DNA of 64,000 nt from Lytechinus pictus (Eukaryota). The position numbers were made by a program, and so were the translations under genes. The stretch spans positions 7,628,001 to 7,692,000 of the forward strand of contig NC_087250.1 in assembly GCF_037042905.1 (NCBI RefSeq), given 5' to 3'. How positions within the stretch are numbered: the first letter of the stretch is position 1; each line of letters begins with the position of its first letter. Under the pieces are notes generated by a model. It did not search any database and was not told where the DNA came from. It worked only from the letters and a program-made list of their open reading frames with translations. Shown here piece by piece: positions 13,143 to 34,364 of the stretch.

Positions 13143-14740
13143 GGGCAATAATGTGATTGTTTTCACTCAAAATGAAATTAGGGAAAGAACAAGTAGGGTG
13201 AAACTGAGCTAACCCGGGTCATGGAAGCAGAAAATATTTATCATCTTCCTGAAAGCGATTGTCCCCATCAAAGAGGGGCTTTCCCATTCTTTTTTTTTCT
13301 TAAAAATTGAATTTCATCATTTTTTTTCAATTTTTTATGCCATTTCCATTCAAAACGTAATACAAAGTAATATAAAGTAATACAAATCAAATACAATTTT
13401 ACAGACGAGCATTCTTACTTCGTAAAACAAAAAAAAAACAGTATAATATTGAGCATAAATGGAAATGAGGGGGTCCACTAAAAAGCAAAGCTTGTGAAGT
13501 GTGGATCCCCCTGGAAATGAAGAAAATATAATCGACTTATTCGTATATGCGTTTATATACAGGAAAGAAAAAAGAGAAGGAACAAAAAGGTCGAAATCAT
13601 ATTGATGTAAGCATAATTACCTTAACCATTATCTTCTATACCTTCAAAGGTATAATCCCCACATTTTACCATCTGCTCAGATTTGAATATGTTCGATAGT
13701 GGTACTTGAGAGAATTTCTATTTTACAATGAATAGTCTCTTGTCAAAAAACGGAACTCAAAATAAATTATGAGTATCACGACTCTATCAGATTCCATTAT
13801 GACGTCAGATTTTCAACTTAAATATGCCCATTGTGACGTCATAAAGAGGGGGTAGGAGGAAAAATTCCAATAGGACGACCTAATAGGTGAAAGAATAAAA
13901 GTAGTGAAATGTGAAACACAATAATCGAATCGTTTTCATGGATTTAATTTATACTTCGTCATGGATTCGAAGGATATTACGAATTTTCACATGAAACTTT
14001 TACGAAGTTTGAAACGAAATGAGACATGGAATAACACAAAAAATTCCTAACATATAAATTGCAGAACAAGATAGCATAGGTCATTAATATGGAGATATTA
14101 TTCCCCGTGATATCGTGAAATATATATACGCGTACATGTTGTGATACAATATGATATTGACCAGTTGAAAGAGAAAACTTTTATACGAGCAATTCGGTCA
14201 AGGCTTTGGTCAGTTCTGTGTAAATAAGATTCGCAGGCTAATGGTTACATTATGTAATCGTCCGTTCACTGGTGTATAATTGAGGGGGGTTCGGGGCTCA
14301 ACCCCCCCCCCCCCCCCGATAAATAATTATTATTATTATTGTAGTATTGTAGTATATATATTTACTTGTTTGAAACTCAAACAAACTAATATTCCTCTTA
14401 AAAGTTTTGCCTCATATTATCTTAAGAGCAATCCAAACATATTTTCGCTCAACTTTATTTTTCAGGCGTTGGCGCACCTTTTTGCCTTTTTACTAATATT
14501 TCTTTTTGTTTAGCTTCGCTTTGGTATTTGAATGCACGAGTGCTCGTTTTGTGATACATCTTGTCGGGCAACAGTTTGACAAATTTAAACCTTCATTCCA
14601 CTTCCCTTTTCCGTGTTTTGTTCGCGCTACCACATCCCCCAAACACTCCTAAACCTTGTTTTAATGACATACCTTAATTTACTGTCACATCGACCATGGA
14701 CCTACTATAGTCGGTCCATGCACCGACAAAGTTTGATTAA

Positions 14741-15320
14741 AGGGATGGTCCAGGCTGGAGATATTTATATCTAAATAACTCACAGAGCAAAATGCTGAAA
14801 ATTTAATCACAATCGGATAACAAATAACGACGTTATTGATTTTTAAAGTTAATCAATATTTTGTGAAAACAGTTATATGCACATTGTCATGAATATTCAT
14901 TAGGTGGGCTGAAGATGTCACATCCACACTTTCCTTTTTCTTATGTTATTAGATAAAATCAGAAATTTTTCATTTTTTCATACATGTGTAAATGTCTCCA
15001 TTGTGATGAAATAAGTTACGGCAATAAATAACTAATGCACTTATAATCAGTTGTCTATCCAATTGTTTTAGTTCTTGGTAGAAAATGTTTGAATATACCT
15101 AATTTCATATAATAAACTACAAAAGAACAAGGGGGATCAGCCCACCATAATGAATATTCATAAAGACATGCCTAGAACTGTTTCACCGGAATAATGCAAA
15201 ACTTTAAAATTCAATAACTTTGTTATTTGTTATCTGATTTTGATCAAAATTTCAGCATTTTGCTCTGTGAATTTTACTCTATTTATTGAGATATAAATAT
15301 TTCCAGCCTGGACCATCCCT
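14741..15320. mobile_element. Kolobok-like MITE, same family as 8561-9142
   Basis: ttaa|agggatggtccaggctgga ... tccagcctggaccatccct|ttaa. Confidence 0.8.
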
Positions 15321-16551
15321 TTAACTCATGATCGATTAATGCTTATACGATATTTCCAATGACAAATATTGTAGTATTACGATCGGTCGGTTTCGTGTGT
15401 CTGCTGCACGAGCAGTAAACGTGTGTGACTCATCGGGGCTTGTTTTATCGTCAACAAACATGACTAATTGTTCTTCTTTTAATTAATTAATTTGTTTTCG
15501 CAGTGGAATATGTAATGAAATGTTGAGATTCATGTTTCTGTTCAATAAACTGTTTAGATTTCTTCCAATTTAATGCATTGGCAAGGGTTAATACAGTGAT
15601 GCAGCGTCACATGACGTCATCCGGAACACCCTCCCCCGATCCCCGGAGAATTTTAATATGTCAGTCTATTTATTTCAATTCTAGTATTCAATACTAGAAT
15701 CTAAATTACTGTTTAATACATGGCAACACGCAGCGGGGGGCAGCTCCCCCCCCCCCCCCGAAAAATTGAAAACTGACATATTTTACTGATAATTTTCACA
15801 AAATTCATCAAACGTATTCATGAAATCCTTCAATTTCACTTTACAAAATGTAAAAAGCACCCCAATTTCAAGCTCGGTCGCTTTGCTCCCTTGTTTTCAA
15901 TTTTTTTTCGATAAAGTTTACACGTCCTGCCCCCCCCCCCCCAGCAAAAGATTTCTGCGTACGGCCATGTTTGAATAGACGTATTCGTATATAAATTTCA
16001 AGCTAATGATATACTAAAAACCAATATTGGATGATGTCGCCTGTCATCATGGCTGTAAATAATAGGCCTATAAAGTTCCAGTTTTGCCAGTTCCCATCAG
16101 AAATTATTAAAAAGAGCTTATCTATAATGAGAAGTGCACTTTTAGTTCAAATTCTATAGTCCCGTGAACCACAACAAAAACCGAATTTTATTATCATTCT
16201 ATCAAAAATTCCGCGTGCGCATGTTGTAAAATATAATCAAAGAAATATGTCAGTAATTATGTATTAACAAAGCATCATCGCTGTCTTATTATTCGCCTAC
16301 ATTACGGTACGGTGATCACCCATTTACACAAAGTTCCAACAATTATGGAAGAAAAATGAAAGAAATCGTTTCCGCATGATTGCATGTATTTTTAATCTTT
16401 AAAGTTTACTACAGCGCGCAGTGGGCGTGGTAGTTATGCGAATCAACAACGACTCGATAAATAGATTTGAAGAAAAAAGTATTGAGATAAATATGTGGAA
16501 AGGTTAAAGATGGTTTTGTGATCTGTTTTCCCACTCTTCTCGGGGATAGAG

Positions 16552-16798
16552 CATTGGCGGCGGAAGCCAAAAAATTTAGGGGGGCCCACCTGAAATGTTT
16601 CGATGGACAGGGAAAAAATTTGACAAGCCCCCCCCAAAAAAAGAAAAATTATCAACCTAAATTTAAGGAGGGGATCGCAAAAATTTTTGACAAGCAAAAA
16701 AAATAAAAAAGGTCATCAACCTAAATTTTAGGGGGGGCCACAAACATTTCAGGGGGGCCCACGTCAATTTAGGGGGGACGCAGGAAACAAAATTGACA

Positions 16799-16835
<37 letters not shown>

Positions 16836-16924
16836 TTATCAACCAAATATTTAATATTTAGGGGGGACCGTCCCCCCCACCTCAAATTTAGGGGGGACAG
16901 GTCCCCCCGCTTCCGCCGCCTATG
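16552..16924. mobile_element. hAT-like MITE with poly-G/poly-A internal repeats
   Basis: cattggcggcggaagc ... gcttccgccgcctatg; flanks ggatagag / ggttagag (8-bp TSD, one mismatch). Confidence 0.7.
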
Positions 16925-17280
16925 GGTTAGAGGGATGTATTCTATTTTGGAGAAAGAATACCGAATGTCTGTCTTTTATGTCTATTCATTTCCTATCTTC
17001 CTGCAAGTTTATTATTATCATCTCCCATTGTTTTGGGTGAATAGGTTTCATTTCTTTTGTCCACAATGTTTACTGATAATAACGAAATAAATCTTGGAAG
17101 ATTTACACATAACATACTTGGATTTTGCCATGTACGAAAGGTATATCTGATGTTGTATGCATGTACAATCTTTGTTTTTAAGGGGCTTCATTTCTTTTCT
17201 TCAACATTTGAATTTCGTTAGATAAAAACAGCCGACTGCGGATGTAGAACGTACCAACGTACACATTACTTGTACCTTAA

Positions 17281-17768
17281 AGGGGAAGTTCACCCTGAAA
17301 TACAGTTTGTTGCAAAAATAGCAGCAAAAAATAATGAAACATATTGGTGAAGGTTTGAGGAAAATCCATTACAGAATGTGAAAGTTATTAGAATTATAAT
17401 TTTGGGATTTGTGACGTCATAAACGAGCAGCTGCCCCATAATATTGTTATGTAATATAAATAAATTTAATAGGTGATGACCTATTTTTGTTTTATTTTTA
17501 GGAACGGGTGTGAAATGATTTGTCTCTTGATATACTAAAGGTGCACTAAAAACCATTTTCATATTTTGACAAAATGACATTATTTTGATTTTTACCGTAT
17601 AAGATATGTAGGAAAGCTGCTCGCGTATATGATGTCACAAATCAAATAGTTTAAATTCTAATAACTTTTTTATTCTTTGATGGATTTTTCTCAAACCTTG
17701 GGCAATATTTTGTATTGCTTTTTTCTGCTATTTTTACAATAAACTTTTTGTCATTGCGAACTTCCACT
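17281..17768. mobile_element. Kolobok-like MITE (AGGGGAAGTTCAC family)
   Basis: ttaa|aggggaagttcac ... gcgaacttccact|ttaa with long inverted arms. Confidence 0.7.
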
Positions 17769-19394
17769 TTAAACGTAAAGGTGTACCCCTGGGTGAAAAC
17801 ACCGTGATTAGAACAGCAAAAAATGTAAACTCAGGCAAATATATCATTGAAAATTTCATCAAAATCGGATAGGGAATAACAAAGTAATGACATTTTAAAT
17901 TGACGGGAAGTATGTGAAGACAGTTGTGTCGAAGAGATTCGATTCTTCGGTTCGGTGTAATTAATATTTTGATCCGTCGTGGAGGAAAGGGTGTCTTGGT
18001 TAAAACGATTCGGTTACTTTCTTCGCATTATGGCCGAGGGGCAGTAGGGGCTGGCTGCAAGCACGTTGTTAAAGCCCGTCACTCTAACACCTACTGTTTA
18101 AACTTTTTAAACAAGTTGTTTAAAAAGTTTAAACATTTTACAAAAAAAGTTTAAGCAACTTGTTTTTAGAGTGACAGGCTTCAACAATGTGCTAATATTT
18201 TTTTTTACTCTGTTGTATATTGCATACCTATGCCTCTCTGGATTCTAAATTCTATTTTAGGTTTAATAGTTGTTAGTAGATTCTATCCCCTTTTAACAAA
18301 GAAATTTCAAACGAAATTGGACAGAAAAAAGTTGATATGCATCGGCCTAGCTACTCTATATGTAAGGACTACATCAGCGAAAATTTATTTATCCACTTTA
18401 CTTTCATCTAGTTATTGTATAAAATATCATACTACATTGAACCCCTTTGTTTTTTGTACATTTCATTATGAAACATTTACTGAGTTATATATCCCCCCCC
18501 CCCTACACACATGCGCCTTTTTCCGCCCTGTCCAAATAACTAAGGGCCTTTTCACACGTGAATCTTGAATCATCATAATGATGATTGCAATTCATCTTTA
18601 GAATCATCGGACCTTTCACACGGAAAGTATCCGTACCGTAATTTGAGTGAAACTTAAACTGGAATTCACCTTCAGAGTGGAATTTGAATTCGTGATTGTG
18701 ATTAGCGTTCGTGATTCTAGTTTGGGTTCACACGTGCTAAAAAATCGTCATTAGCCTTGTCTTTTTCACTGGAATCATCATTCAAATTTTGATTTTTTTT
18801 TTTTTACCGTGTGAAACTTGGGCGGAAAAGCACTATTTTTAAAAGCCCATGCATATCTGTGCAATGACTCGTTATAAATGCATACATTCATCATGTACAA
18901 TGTATTCATGGACTTAAAGCGAAACCCGCAGTTATCCGAAATGATTAACGCTCTTTCATGCTGTGATATTTCTGTTTGGCCCTCTTTTGTAACCGTCTCA
19001 CGTTTTTCTAAACCGGTTATGTAATGCTCCGACCGTGCGTATCATCTTCAATTCTTTCCCATTATCCGTTATGAATGAACATGACAATATAAGCCAACCT
19101 ATTGTCCTCCCCTCCCCCTCATTCATCCAAAGCCGATCCCCATATTGGCTGTATTTATTAGTCACTGCATGACCTATACGCCCTTTTCTTTCTGACTTTT
19201 GAGCCAAAAAGTCGGCTATTTTCCCACACATTTTTTTCAAGAGGTCAAGCTGCGTTCAAACACGACGTGGACACGTATGCATTCTTGGCTTGAGGATTCC
19301 CGCCGACCGACTTGACAAATGTTTTGATTAGAGTATGAACGCGCAAATTATTGTCATAATTATGTTATAAGCAAGAAACCAAAATAAATTCTTA

Positions 19395-19552
19395 TACCTC
19401 GGTCACATTTGCTCTACGGCGGCCGTATATACGGCAAATCGAAAACAGCCGTTTTTGAGTGTTTTGTATCAGCTACATAATAGTGGGGTTTGAATAAAAC
19501 GGCTGTTTTCGACTCGCCGTACGGCCGCCGTAGAGCAAATGTGACCGAGGTA
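19395..19552. mobile_element. Short near-perfect palindromic MITE with TTA TSD (PIF/Harbinger-like)
   Basis: tta|tacctcggtcacatttgctctacggcggccgta ... tacggccgccgtagagcaaatgtgaccgaggta|tta. Confidence 0.8.
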
Positions 19553-20749
19553 TTAATGAATGCAAATTATTCATTTGAAAATATACGAAATTCAATTCAG
19601 GACTCCTTGAATTCCCCATAGGGTTTAAACAAAAATAAGAGTAAATTATTCCTCTATGGATCCTTTACTATATGCACTTACATGTTGAGAGTTAAGGGGG
19701 GTAATAGATAATTTTTGTCAAGAGAATGAAGCGAACATTCTTGGGTGGGGGAGTCGATGAGGAAAAGGGAAAGAAAAATATAGGGATGCATTTGTGAAGG
19801 AAGGAGAGAATAAAGAAGGAATGAACAATCAAATTTAAGCAGATATCGTCAGATATATTTATATATGTATATAAGTGTAATCAATCTTGGCGATGTACAT
19901 GATGTACGGATCTCCTTTATAATATATTTGAGATCAAGAGTAGGCCTATATGGAGAGGGTATATACCTTCATTAAATTTATTCTCACCTTTGTATGAATG
20001 TATTTATTAAAAACAGAAAAGGGAATAATGACAGATATAAGGTGTTTTCATACAACGAAGAATGTGATAAATGAGGTATGGGCCTATAACGTACAGTTAC
20101 ACCAGCGAACTGACTCCAATCCGACCGATAGTTTGTCATTGGTAATAACGTAATAGCTTTGATCGATCTGGGGTAGATTTCGTTGGTGTGATGGCGGCAA
20201 AAAAAGAGGGAGAAAATACTTCGAAAAGATAGTAAACCATTCACGGTATTGGTCCAAAAACTACTTGTAATTCTTGAAATATTAATCCTTTTATAATCCT
20301 TTTCTAGGACAATAGGTATTACTTCTGATAAATTCCATAACCGCAGCCATCCACACCAAATCAACTTTATTGCTTTGTGGTTTGTACATTGCAAACTAAC
20401 GCACAGTCACACCGAATGAAATCAATTTCCAACCGATGAAAGATATTACGTTATTTTCAATGACATGCGATCGGTCGGTGTGGAGCTAGTTTCGTTTGTC
20501 TGACCGCTGCATAATGAACGTATTGATATTAGATTCCATGAATTTAATTTCACGGTCTCTCGTCATAATTATTTCTGATTGTTATAGGGTAATTATTGTA
20601 TAGCTGTTTGATTATGGGTTTGTTTGTTTGTTTGTTTTGTTTGTTTGTTTGTTATTTTAGGGGGTGCATTCTCGAGCCTTGTTGTTTAACGTTCAATGAT
20701 AATGAGGGGTGAATAGTTATCTGAAGATATTTTGTTTAATAAACTTTAT

Positions 20750-21670
20750 CTGCTGGAAAGAACACAGTGTCGCAGAGTGTACTGTTCACAGTGTGTTTAC
20801 AATCATTCCATTGTATTCACAGTGTGTTCACAGTGGGTTCATAGTGTTTCACATCGTGTTCATAGCGTGTTCACAGTGTAACCACAGTGTATTCAGATCC
20901 TATTCACGTGTGTTCACACTGCGATGTTAGTGTGTTCACATTGTTTTTACAATGTGTTCACACTGTGTTCGCAGTGGGTTCACAATGTTTCACATCGTAT
21001 TCATAGTGTGTTCACAGTGTGACCACAGTGTATTCGCAGTGCGTTCAGATCCTATATTAATTTGTGTTCGCAGTGCGATTTTAGTGTGTTCACTTTGTTT
21101 TTACAATGCGTTAACATTGTGTTCACAGTGGATTCACAGTGTTTCACATCGTGATCACAGTGTTTGTAGTGTGTTCACAGTGTGGAACACAATATGAAGC
21201 AATTTTACACTGTTAAAATGCTCAAATTTAACACTGGATCTCATATTCACAAAGTCCACTGAGTGAACACACTGTGTCCACAATGTGAAGTTTCTTCACA
21301 CTGTTACATTTTAACAGTATGAACCACATCTAGTACACTAAGTGAACACACTTTGAACTCGTATGAATATTTTTTCACACTGTGGACACCTCGGCGTCCA
21401 GTGTGCGGACTGTTCACATCATGTTCACATGGTAGACTATTAGTCTGCAGGCACAGACCCTGATACAAGTGTTTCTCCACGCAACGACTAGCACATATAA
21501 AACTTGCTGTTTCGCCTCCAGTACACAAGGCATGAGTAGGCTGCACATTCAGACCCTTATCTCGAGTGAAGGGTTAACACAGCAGACTAGTTGACTATGT
21601 GGATAAATTAGGTGATTTCACATTGTGCTCCACACTGTGAACACACTGTGGGGCACTGTTTCCAGTAAGG
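20750..21670. mobile_element. Long copy of the CTGGAAAGAA TIR element with a GTGTTCACA minisatellite
   Basis: ctgctggaaagaacacagtg ... cactgtttccagta; many gtgttcacagt repeats inside. Confidence 0.6.
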
Positions 21671-23048
21671 AGATGTAACTCCATTCATACTTGCACTTTT
21701 TTCTACTTTAGTTCATCAAAACCAATTTGACATCGGTGTGATCTACCCCTTAAATCTAATCTGTTAAAGCCTTTAATATCTATCACTGATCCGCATTGAT
21801 CAAAACAACCGCGGCATTTAACATTAATGTTTAGAGAGATAATAGTTCAGACAATCATATGTTTAAATATTTCCAGACATAATACAATTGTGCCCATGAT
21901 GATAATAATCTCTTGAACTGGCGTGAACTCGCCTTGTCTATTTCCGGTTCAATTTCCCATTTACTTCCGGTATTATACCACTCTATTAGTTCGCTAGGCT
22001 CCTAATTCCAGCCCAGAATTTGAATGTTATGTTAACAACAAATCAAAACCACAACTTTCATATTGCCCCTTATCTTATGTAGCTAAAAAAAATGGCAAAA
22101 GAAAAAAAAATGAGTGAATGCTATTTGTTTGAAATCTGATCAATTTATTATCTGGTGAAAATTTCGTGCTTGGTTCTTATTATTTTTATCCGGGTCTGCT
22201 ATTCAAGACTATGATATCCTGCATAACGTCAAAAACAGGAGCTGCTACTTTCCAGTGTCAAAAAAGAGTGCTTTTCAAAAAATATAGACAAAGATAAATT
22301 AATAACATGGCTTAGAAAATATCTTTTTAGTTTAATCTTAATTTTGATCTTATCTATTTTCATGATTGCGGTCTTTATAAACGCTCGTTCGCATACTCCC
22401 ATTACAATAAAAGAGAAGGGCATTTACCGCAAATTAGTATGTCCCTATGCAGTAGCGAAATGAGACAAAGGTTTTGAGGTAGCCAGATATGGCGTATCAG
22501 GGAAAATATTAGAAAACGTTTATGAGCGAAGCGAGCGAGCAAATTTGTCTTTGTTTTTCATGTTTGTTACAAAAATCCAATTTGGTAATATATTTTGACA
22601 TGACATTCAGAAAATAATATAATGTTTCACCCTTCTCTCTTTCCTTATCTCGTTTTTTTTCTTGGCCGTGAATTGATTTTTTTGGAGGGAGGGCCAAGCG
22701 TCCCCATGCCCCCCCCCCCATCTTTTTCAATTTTATTCAATTCAATTCTTTATTCCATTTCCATTCAAAACATAATACAAAGTAATACAAATCAAGTACA
22801 ATTTTACAGACGTCACTGTCCCTATGTTATACCGAGGTTGTTTTACCTGACTGCTAAGAAAGCACGAATGCCTGTGAGCAAGCAACCAGGGGACCAACGG
22901 CTTAAGGTCCTCTCCGAGGGACTATGATTTTTTATTTTATTTTACTCTTTTACTGTAACGCCACTCTTTTTTTCAGCTGATCTCATGGTGTTTGATTATA
23001 ATGTTCCAATATTTCTTATGCAGGTAAATAACAGAACATAACTACATC

Positions 23049-29043
<5,995 letters not shown>

Positions 29044-31520
29044 AGAAACAACAACATCTACATGTTACTTAGAGCTGGGTAAGTTAGTGATTATTAACTG
29101 ATTTATAATAATAGCGCAACAACTAACCTCATACTGACCTTAAGTTGTAATAGATTAAAGTAGTAAATTAAAGTAAAAGTCAAATAATGCAATAATTATC
29201 TCAAACTGTATGATAGGGACTACTGTTCATCATTTCTATCTCATTCAAAGATTAGAGCTTGCTTATTAGGAAAGTTTGGAGAAGTTTTCTTGAGATTTGA
29301 ATGCTACTTTTGTCCCGCCCCCTTCTGTCCAGACCTACACTCCATCGCGATGCATCGGTCCCCCATATCATCTGCACCCGCCCCTCCCTCTATTCGTTTC
29401 TCTCTTTCTCTCTCCCCCTTTCAGTATATGTCTTCCCACCCTCCATCTCTCGATCAAACATACCTTTCTTTTTGCATCCCTTTTTTCTCTCTTCTTTCTT
29501 CTTTTCCTCTCCCCCCCCCCCCTCCCTCCTTCTCTCCCCTCTATCTTTCTTCCTTTCCTCTCATACATCAACCCCTTCCTCTCTCTTTCTTTCTACCTCT
29601 CCCTCCCTTGCTGACCTGGGCTCCGTAACACAAAGGTTTGCGATGGATTGCAAATATGAAAGAACCGCACTGATTGGTCCCTGGTCAGTATTTTAAACCA
29701 AATGCGCCTGTATCAATTATATTGATTGGTCAGTTCATTTAGCGATTGATCGCTATTCTTTGTGTTCGCGTTTAGGCGTGTTTGAAATGGGACCCTCTTC
29801 AATAACAACAAAAAAATGAATAAAATTGAGCCTATAAAATGCACCAACCAATAAGCTTAATAATCTCTGCAACGCTAACGAGAAAAGGGTAGACTATTGG
29901 AGTCAATCAATCAATCGCAAGTTTAGTTTAGGTATATTCAAATCAGTCTTGCAAATTAGTGCAATAGGTCTTTGGTCTGTTTATTGTATCAAAAAGTATC
30001 AATTGCTTTTCTTTAGTTAAAAATTGATCAATCACTGTAAATGAAATTTGCAATTAATTGCAAATATTTTATTGCGTTTTTAAGGGGGATAATTGGCCAA
30101 CAGTTTTGGTTGATAAGCTCTTTTATTTTCCTGTCAAATTTGGAAGCCACATTCGAACCCGGGCCCTAATTGAAATCCCTGGTTATGGGGCTTATGAATA
30201 TATATATATATATATTTCTTAAACCGAGAATCTTTCATTCCATCCGTATCATCTTTTAACTCATTCTCATAATATTCGTGACCACCTGTCAGGAAAAATC
30301 ACTAATTTGTTGTGGGGTTTGGTTGTGGTTTTTAATGTCATCTACATGTGTATTTTGTAGTGTTTTGGTTTTATAGGTAAATGCGTTATCTCGTACAGTT
30401 GTTATACAACACACTTATATGTACAGTTTTTTTAATCATTTATTTGATTTATTCCTATTGTTCTCCTTTTTGCACATTTCGGTTCTTTTTTGGGGGGAGT
30501 TGTTGTTTGTTATATGTTTGGCACAATATACCTTTGAAATTTATGAATAATATTTATATTTTTATGTCCTTTTTTCTGTCTCTTTCTCTTTCAATTCTTC
30601 TCAATCTTCCCCTAATCTCCCTTCCTATTCTTCTCTTCTTCTTCTTCTCTTATACATCTTATTCATTTCCATGCAGGCGTAAACACACGAAAAAAAAATC
30701 TTCAAACTTTTCTGCAAACTGATCCACCGGGCGCCTGAACTTCAATTTGAAACTACGCCCTCTCTCGGCTGAGCATGCAGTAAATACAACAACCAACGGG
30801 GTAAAGTCAATGCATCGCGTTTTGGCATGCTACTGCCCGTGCAGTTGTGATTATAGATGATGCAACTAGCGAGAGATTATTATAACAACAACAACAATTA
30901 GGGTATATATTTATAAAAAGAAAATGTTTTCTTATAGATAAACCTGGGCTAAAGATATAAAGTGAAGATTAAAAGATGATTATGTAAACCCTTCTTTCTA
31001 AATTCCTTAGATTGCGATCGGGGACCAATCCAAAGTTTGATTGAAGATTTCAATCGAATAGATTGAGACTTCAATCTTATTTGATTGAAACAGTCCCAGA
31101 CCACTATCTATGAGATTGACTTTTTTCAATCTACGGAATTTAGAGAGTTTTGATTTACAACAGTTCCGCTTGTCTGTATAGCATAACTGTGCAGTGTTTT
31201 AATCTATTGAATGCGGTTTGTTATTGATATGTGCATAAATCATTTTGATTTGATTTTTTTTAAAGATATTGCCATTGCAAATATCAATTCAATAAGATTA
31301 TGAACATGTATAGTTTTAGTGTGTTTCATTATTTATCACTATTAACCCTATTTTGGTAGGTTTTTTAAATTTTATTTTGAAAATTAGATGTTTTTTAGAC
31401 TTTTTGTGAATTGTTTGAAAACTTGTATTTTATGAATATTGGCTAAAGACACAATCACAACATCATAACCGATTCCAGATCATCAAAGCTATTGTTTGAA
31501 TGGAATATCATTAGTTTGTT

Positions 31521-31777
31521 CACTGTAAAAACGCTGTTTAAAATTGTAAGCACGTTGTGCAAGCCCGTCACTCTAACAGCTGCTGTTTGAACTTTTTAAA
31601 CAATTGTTTAAACTATTTGAACAACTGTTTTAACCTTTTAAACAACTGTTTGAACTGTTTAAACAACCGTTTTTGCTTTTTAAACAGCTGTTTAAAAAGT
31701 TTAAATGATTACAAAAAGTTTAAACAACTTATTGTTAGAGTGACAAGCTTAAACAACGTGCTATATTTTTAACTGTG
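31521..31777. mobile_element. CACTG-ended MITE with TTTAAACAAC internal repeats
   Basis: cactgtaaaaacgctg ... ttttaactgtg; fragments of the same family at ~18055-18195 and ~23525-23895. Confidence 0.6.
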
Positions 31778-33186
31778 TTTGGAGTTGGCTCAGCTTATCA
31801 CTGACTGCTGCATGCACAATATGTGTGTAGAATAGGGGTTAATAAGGGGGTTATCAGTCTAGGGCGTAATTATTTCCTTTATTTAATTGTTTTTAAACAT
31901 GTAAAATTGTAGCCTATATACAAATCGAAATGAAATTCATACTGTAACCTAATACATATAATAATGAATCGAATGATAGTAAATAGAAGAAAATTAAAAT
32001 AATAAAAATGAAACTCAATGTCATCGAAATCGGATGAATGATATTATTTTTTGTTGAACTTCAGTTAGGTTTATCAATACTTCTGAAATATCTAGGTTCA
32101 TGTTTGAATTATGAAAATCATTGGTATTTTAACCCTCTTTGTATACTGTCATTTTTCTTCTATGATTTTTTCAGTTACATTATGATGTTTGCAATGTTGT
32201 ACCTGTACAATATGTCTGTATATTTTAATCCCAGTTTTATACAATTTAGAATTTAATCAAGAATTAATTTCTTGATATTATAAGAAAATGAATAAATAAC
32301 AAGAATCGTCGTCACTTGCACAACTCTGCACAGTTTGAATATTTGAGGTTTGCTCCAAAAAAGCTGTTTAAATATTTAAACTCTAACGACTATTATTTTG
32401 AATAATTCATATACAACAAGTCGATTCAATTAGTAAATATTCAATATACAGCAAAAAAATGTATAGACAATTTTTAAATATTGTATTGGTGTAGAACGTT
32501 GGTTTGATTTGAGAGAATGTACATTTTCTTATATATTTTTGTAACAAATTTCTTATTTTGTTGGAAAATATCATGTATATATTACTATTATGGTTTTATA
32601 GACCATGTTTCATCGTTTTCACAACAAAGCGAACAGCACAAAGAAATTGATGTCTTGTGGCTGATGTTTTTTAACGAATATTTTGGCATTGAATGATTTT
32701 TAAAGGAATGTTAATTTGATGAGATACATGGTCAGGCATGTGGCATTGGATTTTTTCTTCAAAGAATTGATTTGATGATATCAAACAAAAATTCTAAATA
32801 ATATGATATTTATGGTAAACTTCTTGTATATATATATATACTGTATATATATATATATATATATATATACAATAGAACAATTTCAGAAATTTGGATATAT
32901 TAATTTTTATGGCATTTTCAAAAGCCAGTCGACTATACCAGATACACTCTTTAATTTACTCGGAATGACGCTAGCTGGGAGTCGACTCTTTCGAGTTAAA
33001 GTGACTAAGATTCCTTATGAATTTGACCCGGAAGAATATGGCATCAGCTGAAAAATCACTCAATGCCGAGTCAAATTAACTCGGAAACTACTCACTTTGA
33101 CTCGAAAGAGGGATAACTCCCTGCTGGCGCTATTCCGAGTCAAATTTGACTCCTAGGAAATACATGGGTGTATTAAGGGCCATATC

Positions 33187-33231
<45 letters not shown>

Positions 33232-34059
33232 AGAACAATTTCAGAAATTTTGATGCATTATTCTTTATGGCATTTTCATAAGCCAGTCGACTATATTTCA
33301 AAACTATACACTATTAATGCTATGGAGTCAAATTTGACTCGGAATGACGCTAGCTGTGAGTCGACTCTTACGAGTTAAAGTGCCTAAAATTCCTCATGAA
33401 TTTGACCCGGAAGAATGTTGCATCAGCTGAAAAATCACTCAATGCCGAGTCAAATATAACTCGGAAACTACTCACTTTGACTCAAAAGAGGGGTAACTCC
33501 TTGCTGGCGCAATTCCGAGTCAAATTAGGCTCATCGGAAATAGATGGGTGTATAAAGGGCCATAATTTAATCCGGAATTTGAGATCAGACTTATATGTGA
33601 AAGATGCACTGATTACACAAAATACATTTGCATTTGCTTAAACAATAATTGTTCAATACCATTAAAGCTTACCAATCTGAATTACTATTAAAATTTACTG
33701 ATTGAAAATTGTTTTGTCTACTCATGGGTATTTGCAACGATATATCTGGTAATAAATTTTCGATCATCAACCTGTGATTTTGAATCCTGGATTTTTCATT
33801 GGGTGTGTTCACTGTGTTGGTATTTCAAATCGAAATATGTTTATATAGTTTGTAGCTTTCGGTATTTTTCTATAATTCCACCTCTTCTGTTCATGTAGTA
33901 ATTAACTTTCCTTTATCCTCATATTCATATTCATTTATATTCATGATAATGATGAGAAGATGGATAAGCCGGGGGCTGAGAAAGAGAGGAAGAGAAAAAA
34001 AGATAGAAATTGATGGTGAGAGATCGAGGAAAATACAAGTTACATACAAGAAATGAATA

Positions 34060-34226
34060 CACTGTAATAAAATGAAGTGCTAATTTAGCACTTACAGTGC
34101 TTGTCTCGTGACTGCTTTATGAGTGCTGATTTTCTAGTTTATATTTGAACTAGATAATCAGCACTCGTAGTGCAGTCACTATACAAGCACTGTAAGTGCT
34201 AAATAAGCACTTCATTTTTTACAGTG
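34060..34226. mobile_element. Palindromic CACTG-ended MITE with TA flanks
   Basis: ta|cactgtaataaaatgaagtgct ... agcacttcattttttacagtg|ta. Confidence 0.8.
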
Positions 34227-34364
34227 TAGATATAGAGCGGGTGGGTGATGAGAGGACGAAAGAGAGAGAAAAGTGGTGTAGAGATCAGGAAAACAGATTG
34301 GGGACGGGTGGTATTAACCATTGTAAATCAAGGAAAGATCGCTAATCGACATACTAAAACTTGA

